Part shown: piece after piece, positions 43,137-56,049 of the stretch
How the letters are laid out: each line of letters opens with the position of its first letter
How positions within the stretch are numbered: position 1 is the stretch's first letter
NCBI RefSeq assembly: GCF_002105155.1
Contig: NW_019028995.1
Location: 434,001-498,000, forward strand
DNA from: Lobosporangium transversale
Lineage: Eukaryota
DNA: 64,000 nt
Direction: 5' to 3'
Made by a program: the position numbers and the translations under genes
The notes under the pieces: generated by a model
What the model was told of the DNA's origin: nothing
Databases searched by the model: none
Seen by the model: the letters and a program-made list of their open reading frames with translations, nothing else

Positions 43137-43688
43137 ATGCAGTTCAAGACTCTTGCCATCGTCGCCGTCGCCGTTGCTGCCGCCAGCACTGTTCAGGCTC
43201 AGGGCTTTGCCAACAACTCCTGCACCCAGTGCGTTTTCGGCTCTTTCGCAAAAGATACAACCTGCGCCAAGCTCAGCAAGGAAGACTTCACTGAGCTCAC
43301 CAATGCTTTTGCTGGTAATAACGAGGTCAACGTCCCTGCCATCATCGCTGCCATCCAGAAGCCCGACACTAAGGCTTGTGTTTGCTCCTGGTCGACAACT
43401 GCCTTCAAACCTGATGGCACTGGCCCTGCTGGTAGCTGCTTTACCGGCACTACCCCTGCCCCTGCCTGCAATTCCTCCCAAGTCGATGAGGCCAATGGTC
43501 AGCTCGCTCCCTTGGGCCCTATTCTCAAGTGCAACGCTTCCCCCTCTGGATCTCCATCCGGAGGCAAGCCTTCTTCCACTGGTAACCCCGCTCCCAGCAC
43601 CACTAAGCCCAGCTCTGGTGTTCAATTGAACATGCCCTATGTTCTCTCGATCGCCGCCGTTGGCCTTGCCGCCCTTGCAGGACTCTAA
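43137..43688 (+). CDS. Secreted Cys-rich, probably GPI-anchored surface protein (183 aa, intronless)
   Basis: Signal peptide MQFKTLAIVAVAVAAASTVQA, 8 Cys, Ser/Pro/Thr linker, hydrophobic C-terminus (YVLSIAAVGLAALAGL), strong codon bias, TATAAA about 80 bp upstream. Confidence 0.88.
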   Translation: MQFKTLAIVAVAVAAASTVQAQGFANNSCTQCVFGSFAKDTTCAKLSKEDFTELTNAFAGNNEVNVPAIIAAIQKPDTKACVCSWSTTAFKPDGTGPAGSCFTGTTPAPACNSSQVDEANGQLAPLGPILKCNASPSGSPSGGKPSSTGNPAPSTTKPSSGVQLNMPYVLSIAAVGLAALAGL

Positions 43689-43839
43689 ATCCTCTTCTAC
43701 GAACTTATAATATTGTAGCTACTTGTAATATAAAAAAATAAAACCTAATTGATCCTCAGTTGTAAAAAAAAAAATTCATTTCATCTTGCATGCACTACGA
43801 AATGTTCATCTTGAATGTCAATTAGTTATGGTTTTTAAG

Positions 43840-43875
<36 letters not shown>

Positions 43876-44529
43876 AAAGACATGACAGAGCTGAGAGGCA
43901 AAAGAAGTATGTACAACTTGTTTTGACCTTTGAAAGATCATTTATTGGCATGAGGTTGCATGTTCAAAGTCTCATCTTGAATGGATTCCCATTTGAATGG
44001 CCAAAAAAAAAAAGACACATTTTTATAGTTGACAAAATCATCTATTGTATATATAATAGGAACACTCCCTTCACGAGGAAGCTATTAATAAAAGTAGAGT
44101 GTTTTTGTCTCTATGTTGGTAAACAAGTTGATATTTGTTTTTTTTTTGTGTTTGTTTGTCCAATTGGTTGATAAAGTGTGGAGAAGGTCCCTCAAGGACA
44201 GGGACTAAGGTGTACGAAGTGGAGGTTTTGTTGATGGAGAAAGTTTTGTCAGACTCTCTCCAATGCAACTATTTTGTTTACAGCTAAGACTCAAAGTCTC
44301 TAAATCTAGTGGATGGAAAGGACTTCACTTGCAACAACAAACGTTGCACACGCCCTTATCTCTCTCACGCGTGCTGCTGATAAAAAGAAGGAAAATGTCC
44401 GTTTTCCTTTGTTTCCTTCTTTTCCTTCCCTTCCTTCCCTTCTTCTACCTCTTTTCTTTTCATATCGTTCCTTATCCTTAGAATTTTTTTAAACTTCTCT
44501 CCTTTTCTGTCCATTGCCTTCTTGTTCAC

Positions 44530-45806
44530 ATGTCCCATCAACGTGCAAACTCCGTGTCAGGCTCCTTTAATCATCAGTACAAAGGAGACATGGTTTCAAC
44601 TGCCATGCCTCCTATGTCCCCTACCTCTTCCTTTAATAACTCTACCTCCGCTGCCTCAGTATCGACTCCTCTCTCGATTTCCATTCCTCGTCAGCGATCG
44701 TTTTCAACCTCAATTTCAAGAGCTGCAACCTCACCTCGAGCATTCACGGGCTCGTCTATTATCGCAAATCCGAACTATGGCTTTTTAAGTTCGTCCGTAG
44801 GAACCGCCACCACACCATTCTCTGCTGCCGCCTTTGGCGCACCCTTGGCCTCACCAACATCAGTTTCATCGCCTTCAGGAGCATCTTCGACGACTATCCC
44901 TTCATCTCAGTCTGTTCCTGTTTTACACAGAAGGTTTTCAACTAGTTTCAATCAACTCAATCAGTTTGTTGGGTCTCCAACCACTACAAATGGTGGCGTC
45001 AATTCTCAGGTAATGGCATTAGGAACAAATAAAAAAAAAAAAAAAAAAAAAAAAAAGACATGATGTTTATGTGTGAGGGTCGAAGCAAGCTTATTGGGGG
45101 AGTAAAAGAAAAGCACATGTATTTGGAGGAAAGGCCAAAGCTTTTCCTCTGAGTGTAGGGTTCAATACACAAATGCGAGTCGTTTGATGATGACCACTAC
45201 ATGACGACGGTGGCACTTGGCATGTTGCCCTATTTTCTTTTTTTTCTTTTTTTTGTTTTCCTATCGTTTGACGGTTGCCACCAGTAATAAAATACCAAAA
45301 TATTAATGCAGAAGGGTTTCCAACCATCTAACATTGCGTCCTTTTTACCCTTACTACACCTGTGTACTTTGTATACTTAGACTTCTGAACGAGGTCGAAG
45401 AGCCAGTAGTTTCTTTGGAAGTGGGTCGCCTCCAACTTCCATAAATGATATCACGAATTCTAGTGCTACTAATACTGGTACTAGTAGCGGTAGTGGTGCT
45501 GGAGGATTGTTTCGTAAATTCTCGACAACGGGCAGATCCGCTGGTCATCCTTTTGACAGAAATGATGCAGGCCCTACGAATTTGGGTGGTCTTCAGTCGA
45601 ACAAGAGTGGCCATCACATTCATGGGGAGCAAAGCATGTTTGCACATGCACCTGACCACGATGTTAAAACCATTGCTGTGGACAGTTACGCAGGAAGCAT
45701 CCACAAGAATGCTGATAGTCATCTGAAACCTTCATGCCAGGACAAACATTCTCGGTCCAGCAGCCCAATGAGGAGTATGATTCTGAACGGACAAATGCTG
45801 GACTAA
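44530..45806 (+). CDS. Ser/Thr-rich low-complexity protein (2 exons; intron 45010-45380)
   Basis: ORF 44530.. joins in phase 0 to an exon that is open into the 45507..45806 frame. Motifs RRFS, RRAS, RKFS; ends SPMRSMILNGQMLD. Confidence 0.75.
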
Positions 45807-48413
45807 TAGGAAACCTCTTCCCTTGGTCTTTTTTTTTTGTATGTCTACAACAAAAAAGGGGAAGGCTTTTTTTTTTTTTTTTTTTTTTTTTTTCGCACAG
45901 AAACAAAGGACATACACACGCATATGAGTGCCTTAAAAAAAAAAAAAAAACAACAACAACAACAAAGAGAGGAAGAGAGCGACAGAGACTAACTAGATCT
46001 CGTTCCTTCCAAAGAAAAAAAAAAAAAAAAAAAAAAAAAGTTGATAAGGAGAAAGAAGCAAAGCTGTGGATGCCTTGTGCTTTGATTCTTTTTAGCTCCC
46101 TAGCCTTTGTTTGGTTCACATTCATCTCAAATGTACGCATGTACTTTTTTTTATAGTAAGACAAGATGTCCCTCTCCCTACTCCTCTGAACCCTGTATAT
46201 TTCTTATTTTTCTTTTGAATACTTGATACTAATGTTGTGTTATTTGTGAAATAAATAAATAAAAACTGAAAACAAGACACTGGATATTGTGGAACAGGAT
46301 GTCTTTCAAAGGGTTTTGAAATACCAACGAATGGAGATGAAGATGATTATTGCAGATCTTTTAGGGATTGAGTAGGATGTGTAGTGCTTGAATGATATTT
46401 CTTCCAGTTCAATCATGACGGTTTCATTGATGGGTCCAACACGTTCCAAATTGAGATTCGACTATAGAAATCAAACGACCTCCCTCAAGAGTCTTGGTCA
46501 AAGCTCGCCTGGGTAAAAAATTTCAAGGGGTTCATGTGAACAAACATTGAAGGGATGGCTCAATTAAGAGCCTTTTTCGTGTCATTCGACGCTTGACACG
46601 ACAAATTGTCAAGTCCAGTTTTGTTCTATCGCTGACCTCGAACTCGAAATTTATACTTCTGACAGTCCTTTGATCTCACGCTGTCAAACGAATCCAGAGT
46701 AACCATAGAGGTGCTCAGCTCTCCCTCCATGTTCATCCTCAAAAACACGCTGCACGACACAGTCGAAACTCATTCTACCTGCACATCCTGATATCTTAAT
46801 CCTGTCTTTAGATCCCATAAATATTCGTAGGGTCAACGCAAGACCGCACGCTACGCCTCAGCGCTGCTATACCATTATTGTAGCTCAGCATAAAATGGAG
46901 GTGCCCGTTACTTTAAAGAACCCCGATATGCTGCCTCAGTTTCAGTGACATCTGCCGTCGATAGGTCGTGGTATCGCCCGACTGAAACTGAAGCGTGGCC
47001 TGGAATCGCCTTTGTATGGAGGGGCAAAAGCAACAGCATCAAGGCGTTAACTATTCTAAGGCAACAATTTACAATTTCACATAAAAAAAAATACATGCCT
47101 TGTCTTGTCCGAATATCTATGCATAGATGTCTGAATATCAGGAGAAGGATATCGAGAAGCTTGAACTTCATGCTATGATTACCAAATATCAAATATGAAC
47201 CCAATCTAATTTCATGCTGCAAAAGGTTAAGGAAAAGAAGTATGAGTATTTCTTATTTTTTTACACCCCTTCTGATTAATCTCAAAGATCACTAACTACG
47301 GCTCTCCTTTTCCCCTTCCTCCAAGTCTTTAAATAGGCTGCCTAGATTTCTAGTCCCCGTCCGAGTGTTTTTTTTTACGCTGACTGGAGGTCCTCGACTT
47401 CATCGATCATACTTGAACAAGAATTTTACTATAAATTTTGTATAGGTTTATACTTGAGGTTTGCGCCTTTAGTGAAGAGATTGGTGGAATAATTGCTACA
47501 TGTAATCGAGTCTTAAGAGTATAAGTATGATATATGAATAAATATATATATGCATGTGTGTCGCGTGCTTGCGCCGTTGTGTTCAACTGCTTTGTGAACA
47601 TGGTCGTGTTCGTGGACAAAAGACGCGATGATATTTAATTCTGAGGGCAGCAGAAAACGATGCTGTAAAGTGGTAATAGCAAAATATATTACAGCTCCAA
47701 AAGTTCTTCAATGTTTCCAGCCAAATATACCGAGCTCAGATGACACGATTACGTGTTGATCTCATAAAAACTTCGCCCGGGTAATTTTTTTGTCTGCGTG
47801 CCTATACCGTGAGCCTAGTACATGAGTAATCATTTGTCTGTATTTATTGGTTTTTGGAATACAGTACTTTTTGTCCATAAACGGAAAAGGGGTAGCTCAA
47901 CCAGGCTGTTTGAAAAATATTATAAACTAAAATAAATGTCAGACAGAACACGTTGACAGATGGAGGCAAAATGATAATCTCAAGCAATATTACATGATTA
48001 GGGACATAAATATAACTAACAGAGGCAAAAAGATAGGCTAGACTAAAAGGAAATATTTGTGAATTAGAGCGCGACAATGTTTGAAAAAAGGGTCAGGATA
48101 TTGTAGAAGTGAGAGAAAAATAGGAGAGGCTAGAATATAAGCAAGGAACAAAGCCCAAAAGAGCCATAAAGGCAGCGTGTGGGACGTAGCAATGAGTATT
48201 GAACAATAATAACAGTGACAACAATGATAACAACAATAATAAATATAAAAAATTAAAAAAAAATTCTGTTACAGCAGGTTTTTCCACTTTTCATCTCAAC
48301 ATACGTAACGTTGTAAAGATGTTCTTTGACGAAATACTGTAAGCTTCCTGGTGATATTGAGCAACTCTAGGACTCAAAGGAAAAGGAAAGGAAAAGGAAA
48401 GGAAAAGGAAGGG

Positions 48414-48447
<34 letters not shown>

Positions 48448-48585
48448 GAAGCCTGTCTTTTGTGCCGCTGCATTGGGATCTCCTTGCTCACATGCTCTCA
48501 TAATAGACACAGCCCATCAGGACGCTGCGCACGAAACCAAAATAAATAGAAGAACCCGGATGTGAAGGGCTTAGGCTTCTCCGTT

Positions 48586-49931
48586 TTACAGGATACCGCT
48601 GTCCTTCAAGGCGTTCTGTAAAATCGTTTCTTTGACGGCAGCGAAAACGAGTCTAGAAATCAATCAGAGAGAATTATAATGTTAATCAACAATGAATCAC
48701 GTCACTGCTTAAAATTCGCCGTTGCCAGCGCCCTTGGACATACCGGATCTATATGGATTGATATAGATTAAATTATGAAATAAGAGAGGAGGAGGATAGA
48801 AAGATGAACTTGATGTTAGTGGAAGAGGTCAAAGTCTTTTTTTTTTTTTTTTTTTTTTTTTAGTAATCATCATTAAGAGCATCATGGATATATGGCTCAC
48901 ATTCAAGGTGTCGGTAGCTTGCGTCATGCTGAAAGGAAAAAAAAATGACATGAAAAATTGGTACAAGAATTAATCCCAATGGTATAGACAAATTGCTAAG
49001 ACAGAAAGCATTCAATAATTATTGCATGCTTACTGTGGGTATATATGAAGTCGTGCTCGATTTGTTTGCGTGAATCGCCATAGGATGTATTTTGCTGCTT
49101 TACTGATGTCCGGGCCACCTAGACAATCCAAACCCAAGGTAAGGCACTCTGAGTTTAATCATACTATCAATCGACCATTTTCGATACATCATGGGGCGCC
49201 ACCCACTAGCACTTACCTGTGTAATCCGAAAAATATCTCTCCAATGGTACTTTAGGAAGTTTGGCTGCGAATAGATCAATCTTATTCATGAACAGAATGA
49301 TTGACGTCCGCAAGAACCAGCGGCTATTGATGACTGATTCGAAAAGCACAAGACTTTCGGCCATTCGGTTCTGTGCACAGAAAATCATGATCAAGCATGC
49401 TGATGAGAACACGGCAAAGTCACCAGAACTCACCATACGGACGTATTCTTGAAATTAGAAATGAGAAATATAATGAACAGTTGCTATTTTACCTGACCAG
49501 ACTCCTCCAGCAGCACTTGATCATATTCACTCAACGCCACACAAAAAATGATAGATGTAACAGCCTCAAAACAATGAATCCATTTTTTTCGCTCTGAGCG
49601 CTGCCCACCGACGTCAAACATGCTAGAACCATATGGTATGAATACAATATAGAGTGAGAAACAAGAAAAGATGCATGGTACCTATACTATGATGCCCAAA
49701 TGCCGCTACTTGGTGAAGAGATAGATTTGCAATAACGACGTACTGTATGCTAAGCTGCCCCATATTAAACCTCGTTTCTGAGATGCCTGTCGTCTTGGAG
49801 CGCGCTCTGAGAACATCTTGTACACTGGGTGTATAGTCTTCTGCTCCCAGACGCCGTACTTGGCTAAAGAAACTATGTCACCAACACAAACCATGTTGTA
49901 AGTCAAAAACATCTCAATTCGAAATGCAGTC

Positions 49932-49962
<31 letters not shown>

Positions 49963-50463
49963 GAGCTTACTAGGGTGCAGAGTCCATAATGTAGAATTCA
50001 CTCGATCGCTCCATGCAAATAGCCGTAATGGGATCGTGGTATAAAGAATCGATAGCGTTGACAATATCAGGACTTAAAATAAAGTAAGGGTCTGCCTCCA
50101 CTCGATAGTCCAGAATACGGTCGGCATTGGCTCTGTTCTCGGGCAAAGCGGGCTCCAGTCGTAGTTTTTCCATTGCCAATACCAATGACTGTGCAGAGTC
50201 AACCAAGTTTTTGTATACAGTCAACTTATAAGTTGCTAATTCTTCTGTACTATAGCCACCTTGATGAATAACCTTCATTTGCTTCACAATAGTGGATTTG
50301 CCAGACTCTCCACTCCCTATAAAGTCAGACAAAAATCATGCAAGTGGCCGTCGAGCGTTACGTTTTGCTTTTCATATTGTCGTATCTCGAGAAAAGGGGG
50401 GATGGAATACGAGAGGGAGATGTGAAGAAACGAAAGGATGCATGAAATTCATGAAAAGATACC

Positions 50464-50494
<31 letters not shown>

Positions 50495-50668
50495 GAAGTA
50501 CAAGGAAAAGGGCGAATGGGGGGATACACGAGTTGGTAACACTTGCTTACCTAGTAACAGGATTTTACACTCTTTTTTAAGTCGCCTATTATCTTCTTCC
50601 AGTCCTCGATCAATAGTTTGACTGATCTCCTTCTGCTCCTTTTCCTCTGCAGAAAGACAGAGTCCCAT
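48586..50668 (-). CDS. Heterotrimeric G-protein alpha subunit, fungal group III (Gpa2/GNA-3 type)
   Basis: MGLCLS myristoylation/palmitoylation start, [42 protein letters not shown]-terminus [15 protein letters not shown]. Confidence 0.96.
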
Positions 50669-51547
50669 GGTTGGAAGTTAGTGCTGTGTGAGAGTTTTAA
50701 TATGGGCGAAAGTGTAGATGTAAAAAACAACAGTGGACTAGCGCGTGGTATTATCGATTGGAACGGCGAGCAAAAGCGTGGTAGGAGCAGAAAGGCGCGC
50801 CGGTCCAAGCCAGGATTGGTTTTTTTAAAATACGAAACTAGCGTTGACAGAGAGATTGTCAAAGATATTTAACAGATGTTGGCTGACGACGATATAAAAG
50901 CGAATATATTTCTAACAGCCCTTCTTTGAAATGTATGGGTGACTAATGGATGGAGTATTGTCGGCTAGATGGCAATGTAGGATTGATTATAAACAATTGT
51001 ATGCAAAAAAATAAAAATAAAAATAAAAAGCAATGGAGCAAATGTGTGTGCTTTTGCGAGAGGACTGCTGCTGTTTAACTTGGTTTGATAGACCAGACGA
51101 GGTTCAACTAGAGTTGAGGCATCAAATACAAGTGTAAGAGGAAGGAAAACAAAAGGCAGCTCGAATTGAATGTAATGTACGATGACAGGTGTTATTGGTG
51201 TGTATGTTAAATGTGTGTGAATGTATGTGTGTGTGCGTAAATGTTTGAGAGAAGGGCGAGGAAGGGAGGAAGAAAAGGAGATGGAGCCAAAGAGAGAAAA
51301 GAGAGGGAGAGAGAGTGAGAGAGTGAGAGCGAGAGAAAGAAGGTGATGAGAGTGCGAGTAGGATGAATAGAAACAGACAAAAAGGATGATGGGATGGGAT
51401 AGGATGAGATGGTAGGATAAAATGAGAAATGAATTAGAGTGTCAAAGAGAATAAATAAAAACAGACAGAGAAAGATGTTGGGCGGCAATTGTGTATTAAT
51501 GAATGATATATTTTCTTTAATGGATGTTCTGCAGAAAAAGAGAGAGG

Positions 51548-51584
<37 letters not shown>

Positions 51585-52545
51585 GGGAGGCGTTCTATTG
51601 CGAGCACGTCGTGAACAGGTAAAAGGAGAGACGATGCAAAGAGACACACAAGAGACACAAAAAGGTGAGAGAGCAAAAAAAAAAAATCCCTCCTCTTGTA
51701 TCCATTATTTGCAATATAAAAAGATGGAGGACAATTGAGTCAAAAAAAATTTTTTGTTTGGACAATGGATAGATGCTCTTGCCTGCTCCCATCCTGGTCG
51801 GGTGGCCACTGCATGGGACATTACGTTCACTATTTATTCTTGTTATTATTACTGTATTGTTGCTGTTAAAAAACTTACAAAACTTCACTTCATAATTTCC
51901 TTATTACTTTTGCTTATCCTTTACTTTAAGTCACAGTTCCACTTTCATTCCTCTCTAATCAATGCATTTTTTCAAGAAATGAATTAAGGATCAAAAAGCT
52001 CGACCCTTAAGTCCTGTCCAAATGCCATTTGAACCAGATAGGTGTCCCTTCTAGATTCTTTACATTCATGATTGATCTATTAGGAATAGATATTTGATTT
52101 TGTATTCTTGAATAAAAAACGACTTGGAAACACCCATGTCTACAAATTTTTTTTATATGTAATAACACTATGGTCGGATAGGCACACTGAGGGCTGTTTA
52201 TGAGAAAACAGTTGATGCAGAGCAGAGAGCTCTAAAAACAAAGTTAAGACCATATAGACAAAGTTGCTTAAGGTAACAAGCTCTTTTACTTCTTGATGTC
52301 TTTTCGACACTCCAAAGATAAGTACCTCTTATTAAAAAAAAAAAAAAAAAAAAAGCGTAAAGCATGGCCAATGCTCAGGTTGTTCATACTATTGCTCTAT
52401 TCGTACCGCCTCGGTTAACAAGATGTTGTATTCCGTCAACAAGCAAAAATCGATCTATTAAGTGCAGCGATCTAGATTGTGCCAGGTGATTCACCATATC
52501 ATTCATTGACTTGAGTATATAATCTTTCCCTTTCTCGTTTCCATT

Positions 52546-52600
52546 TTTCCGTTTCCGTTTCCGTTTCCGCTTCCGTTTCCGTTTCCGTTTCTGTTTTCCG
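52546..52600 (+). repeat. (TTTCCG)n hexanucleotide microsatellite
   Basis: About 9 near-perfect copies visible directly in the sequence. Confidence 0.85.
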
Positions 52601-52898
52601 TCCCCCTAATCTACAGTAACCAACAGGTAGCAAATGGTTGAGCAAACTGCTGAACATCCAAAAAAAAAAAAAAAAAAAAAATAACATGGAACAGGCCTAT
52701 TCTCAACGGCTTGAAATGTCTCCTTTTTTAAATTTTTTTTTTTTGTTTCGGAATTCACGTGACATGTGCATATAGCTTTTTTCCATCCCGATAACAGTCA
52801 AGAGGTTTTGCCTCTTTGTCTGCATATTTCAGTTTCTTGACATTTAGCGCCACCAATTTTGATATATTTATACCGCTAGCATTGGGAGCATTGAAGCA

Positions 52899-54180
52899 AT
52901 GAGAGATCAAGAGACCAATGCCACCAAAGCGACAGCAACGAATGATGAAGCTGAAGTTAAAGAGACGCCACAAAGTTCGTCTATAACTGCTCCGACATCC
53001 AAAATAGTCTCACACTCGTCTCAGTCATCAATCACACCTACTGTCAGCCATGAGGAAACAGTAGGAAGGCCTGTTGCCAAAAGCGAACTGCCACTAGAAG
53101 TCCAAGCTAAAATCGAAAGGAACCGACAGGCAGCGCTTGAACGGAGGGCGAAGTATCAACGAAAACTTGAGTCAGAACGCGCTATAGCCTATGAGTTCGG
53201 CGATGATGTTGAGGGTGGAGGGTTCCTCACAACCGGCGAGAAGAACAGTAGTATATCATCGCATGTCATATCAACCTCAAAGATTATCGAGGAAAATGCC
53301 AATCTGATTCACAAGGCTATGGAAGCAGTCGAACCACTGCCTAAGAATGCGTGGACTAAATTCTATGATTATGATTTGTCATCAATGAAGGATACAAAGG
53401 CGGGTTTTATTCAAGAGTTAGATGAAAAGGATACTGTTGGCGCAGGAGGAGATACGGAAACCGAGAACAACAGGAAACGCAAGTGGCAACCGACCAAGGC
53501 TCCTCCAGACCCATGTAAGCCTTATTCGCTTCGCTTTTCGTCTTTTTTTTTTTTTTTCTTTATAATTAGTATTTTTGTATTTTAATTTTTTTTTTTTTTT
53601 TTTTTTAATTTTTTTTGTAGCAATATTTCTTGGAGCTGAAGATAACTTTGAATGCCAAGACTGCACTTCAGTCGATGTTGATTTTCAGTTGTTACAACAT
53701 TTTCATGTCCCTGTCTGCGTCGGCTGCCGAGATGCTCAACCCGAAAAATATTCACTTTTGACAAAGACAGAGTGCCGCTTGGACTATCTTTTGACGGATC
53801 CGGAACTACGAGACACAGAGCTATTTCCACATTGGGAGAGACCGAATCCTAAGAAAGCAACATGGAACAATATGATGCTGTATCTTCGTTGCCAAGTTGA
53901 AGAGTTTGCATTCAAAAAATGGGGGGGACCTGAAGGATTAGATCGTGAGTTCGAAAGACGAGAGCGAGACAAAGAAGCCAGGAAAGAGATCAAGTTCAAA
54001 AAGGAGCTTCGAGACTTGCGGAACAAAACAAGAACGTCAGTTTGGCAGGACAAGAAGGCGCAGCAAAGAGTAAAAGTTCATACGCATAGTTTTGGAACAG
54101 CTCTAGTAGATCCAGAGTCGGGGGCTTCGGTCCAGACTTGCATTGAATGTGGTATTCAAGTTGAGTGTGAAGAATTTTAA
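52899..54180 (+). CDS. RAD14: DNA damage recognition protein Rad14/XPA (2 exons)
   Basis: IERNRQAALERR, YDLSSMKDTKAGF, zinc finger CQDC..CVGC, KYSLLTKTECRLDYLLTDPEL, MMLYLRCQVE..AFKKWG, C-terminal C..CG..VECEEF. Confidence 0.95.
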
Positions 54181-54329
54181 TTTTAGGTGTATTTGTAAAT
54201 AAAATTTAATAATTCAGGCAGCAATAAGATAACTCTGGTTTTATAATAGAAAAGCATGAGATAATGAAATTGGCATAGTTTAGGGAGTAAACAATCATTA
54301 AAATGTTTTTATTGTATGCATAAAATAGT

Positions 54330-55649
54330 TTAGGCAGTTCTCTTCTCGAGATCCGCCCATGCTTCTGAATCCAAAATAAGGCTCCCATATTTCTCTTTTG
54401 CCTCCAAAACCTTCGGACGAATGAGTGCAAGGGTCGCAGGATGGATAGGGCTTGAGGAAACATTGAAGAACGTCCTAAGTGTCACTAGCGTCTTTTCAAC
54501 CATGTCCTCATCTTCCATATGCTGCTTCAAAATTGTGTCTAGTGCATGGATGAGCTGCAGCTGTGCTAGCTGTTTGCTACAGGTAGGGTCCTGAATTAGG
54601 AGTGTGTTGATTAAGAATACGGTCTTGCGAAGTAAGGAAAGATCTGATTGAAAGAATGTAAAACGAAGAGCTTTCAGTATCCGGTCTCCCTATCTGTTAC
54701 AGTGCGTGTTATATGTTTTTCGTCTTGTGTGACACTACTTACCTGATTCAGTATTCAGAAGCGTTACCAATGTCTTGAAGCCATCCTGATTCTTAAATTC
54801 TTCCAACGCAGGTTCAAAATGCTTGATTGCACCGGATAAAGCGTAAATGGCTTTGGCACGGATGTAGATCTCTGGGTCTGATAACAATCCAATCACTGCT
54901 GCTAGGCCATTTTCCTTCAAGAACTATTCATAACGTTTAAGAATAAAAAAAAAAAGTTATTAGATACTACTCAGCTTTTGTCCCAATGTCGCATGTAGCC
55001 AAGGTGATCATTGATTTATACAGTACTTACAGCTGCCTGTGCCTTGGGATTATTCTGGGTAGCTGTCCCGCAAACCCAAGCAGCCTGCTCTCTGAATTTT
55101 GGATTACTGTTTTTCAATTCCTCCAGGATTGGTGGCCACATTTTCATATTCTCAATATCTGTAAATATTCAAAGAGTTCTCGGTTGTTAGTATTTATAGC
55201 TCTTTAAGGGCTTCGATTATCCATAACTAGCACATCCAACGAAATACTGATATAAGGAGACCTACTTGAGGCATTATCGATCTGTTGAATCAACATCTCG
55301 AAGTCCTCCCATGCCAATTCCTTCTCATCATTGGTCGCCTGAGGATTCTTTATCACTTGTAGAGCTTCAAGCATCATTTGGGAGTCGCTTCTGCCAAGGA
55401 TGGCGTCGATGATCCCCGGATCCTATTTTTTTTAAGTTGTACGGATAAATGAGAAGAGTGGCAATCTAAGTAACCATGCTGGAGTGCAACACTTGACTCA
55501 ATTCTATAATAAATATTTGATCAAAACCATACAATTTTTTCAGCGGGCTTCTTTGGAGCGCCTTCAGCAGAAGCATCTTCCTTCTCGGTGGCCTGGTTAA
55601 TGATAGACCATTTGAGTAATTCATTCAAGGATTTTTGTTGTTGAGACAT
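54330..55649 (-). CDS. FES1: Hsp70 nucleotide exchange factor Fes1/HSPBP1
   Basis: LNELLKWSI, DPGIIDAILG, FEMLIQQIDNA.NIENMKMW, AAWVCGTATQNNPKAQ, RAKAIYALSGAIKH armadillo repeats. Confidence 0.93.
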
Positions 55650-56049
55650 GTCGTATGTGAGAATGTGGAAGCAATTTTTTCAAAAACAAATGAGGAATGA
55701 AATGGAAATGAATGGAAAATTAAGCTTTTATTGACTTCTGGAATAACACTGTCACAAATTCAGACGTTATATTCCTTTCTACACTGCAGCTGGGAAGATG
55801 GTGCAGAGTGACATGCATGCTGTCTGTGTAACAAGGAATTGTTCTGTACCCTGGAGGAAGATGACATGAAAAGAAAACACGGATTGGAAGGAACCTTTAC
55901 CTCCCTGTCCCAATATCCTGCATCTTTCTTTGAAAGTATACAAACAAGCACAACATTTCGCATAAACACCCAACATCCAACTGGTCTTTTATTTTTTGTT
56001 AACATCCCTAGCTCAGTTGGCGTTAATACTCAATCTCTCTTTGGCGTCC

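Noticed and set aside
46270..46900. Possible decayed coding remnant (short peptide-like frames, a YCGTGC hevein-like hexapeptide)
   Set aside because: Frames are interrupted by stops and no collinear set of family motifs was found; similarity is compatible with chance.
51207..51987. ORFs with poly-Phe/poly-Lys runs (also 45664-46164, 48291-48491 and others)
   Set aside because: Artefacts of homopolymer and purine/pyrimidine tracts in UTR and promoter DNA.
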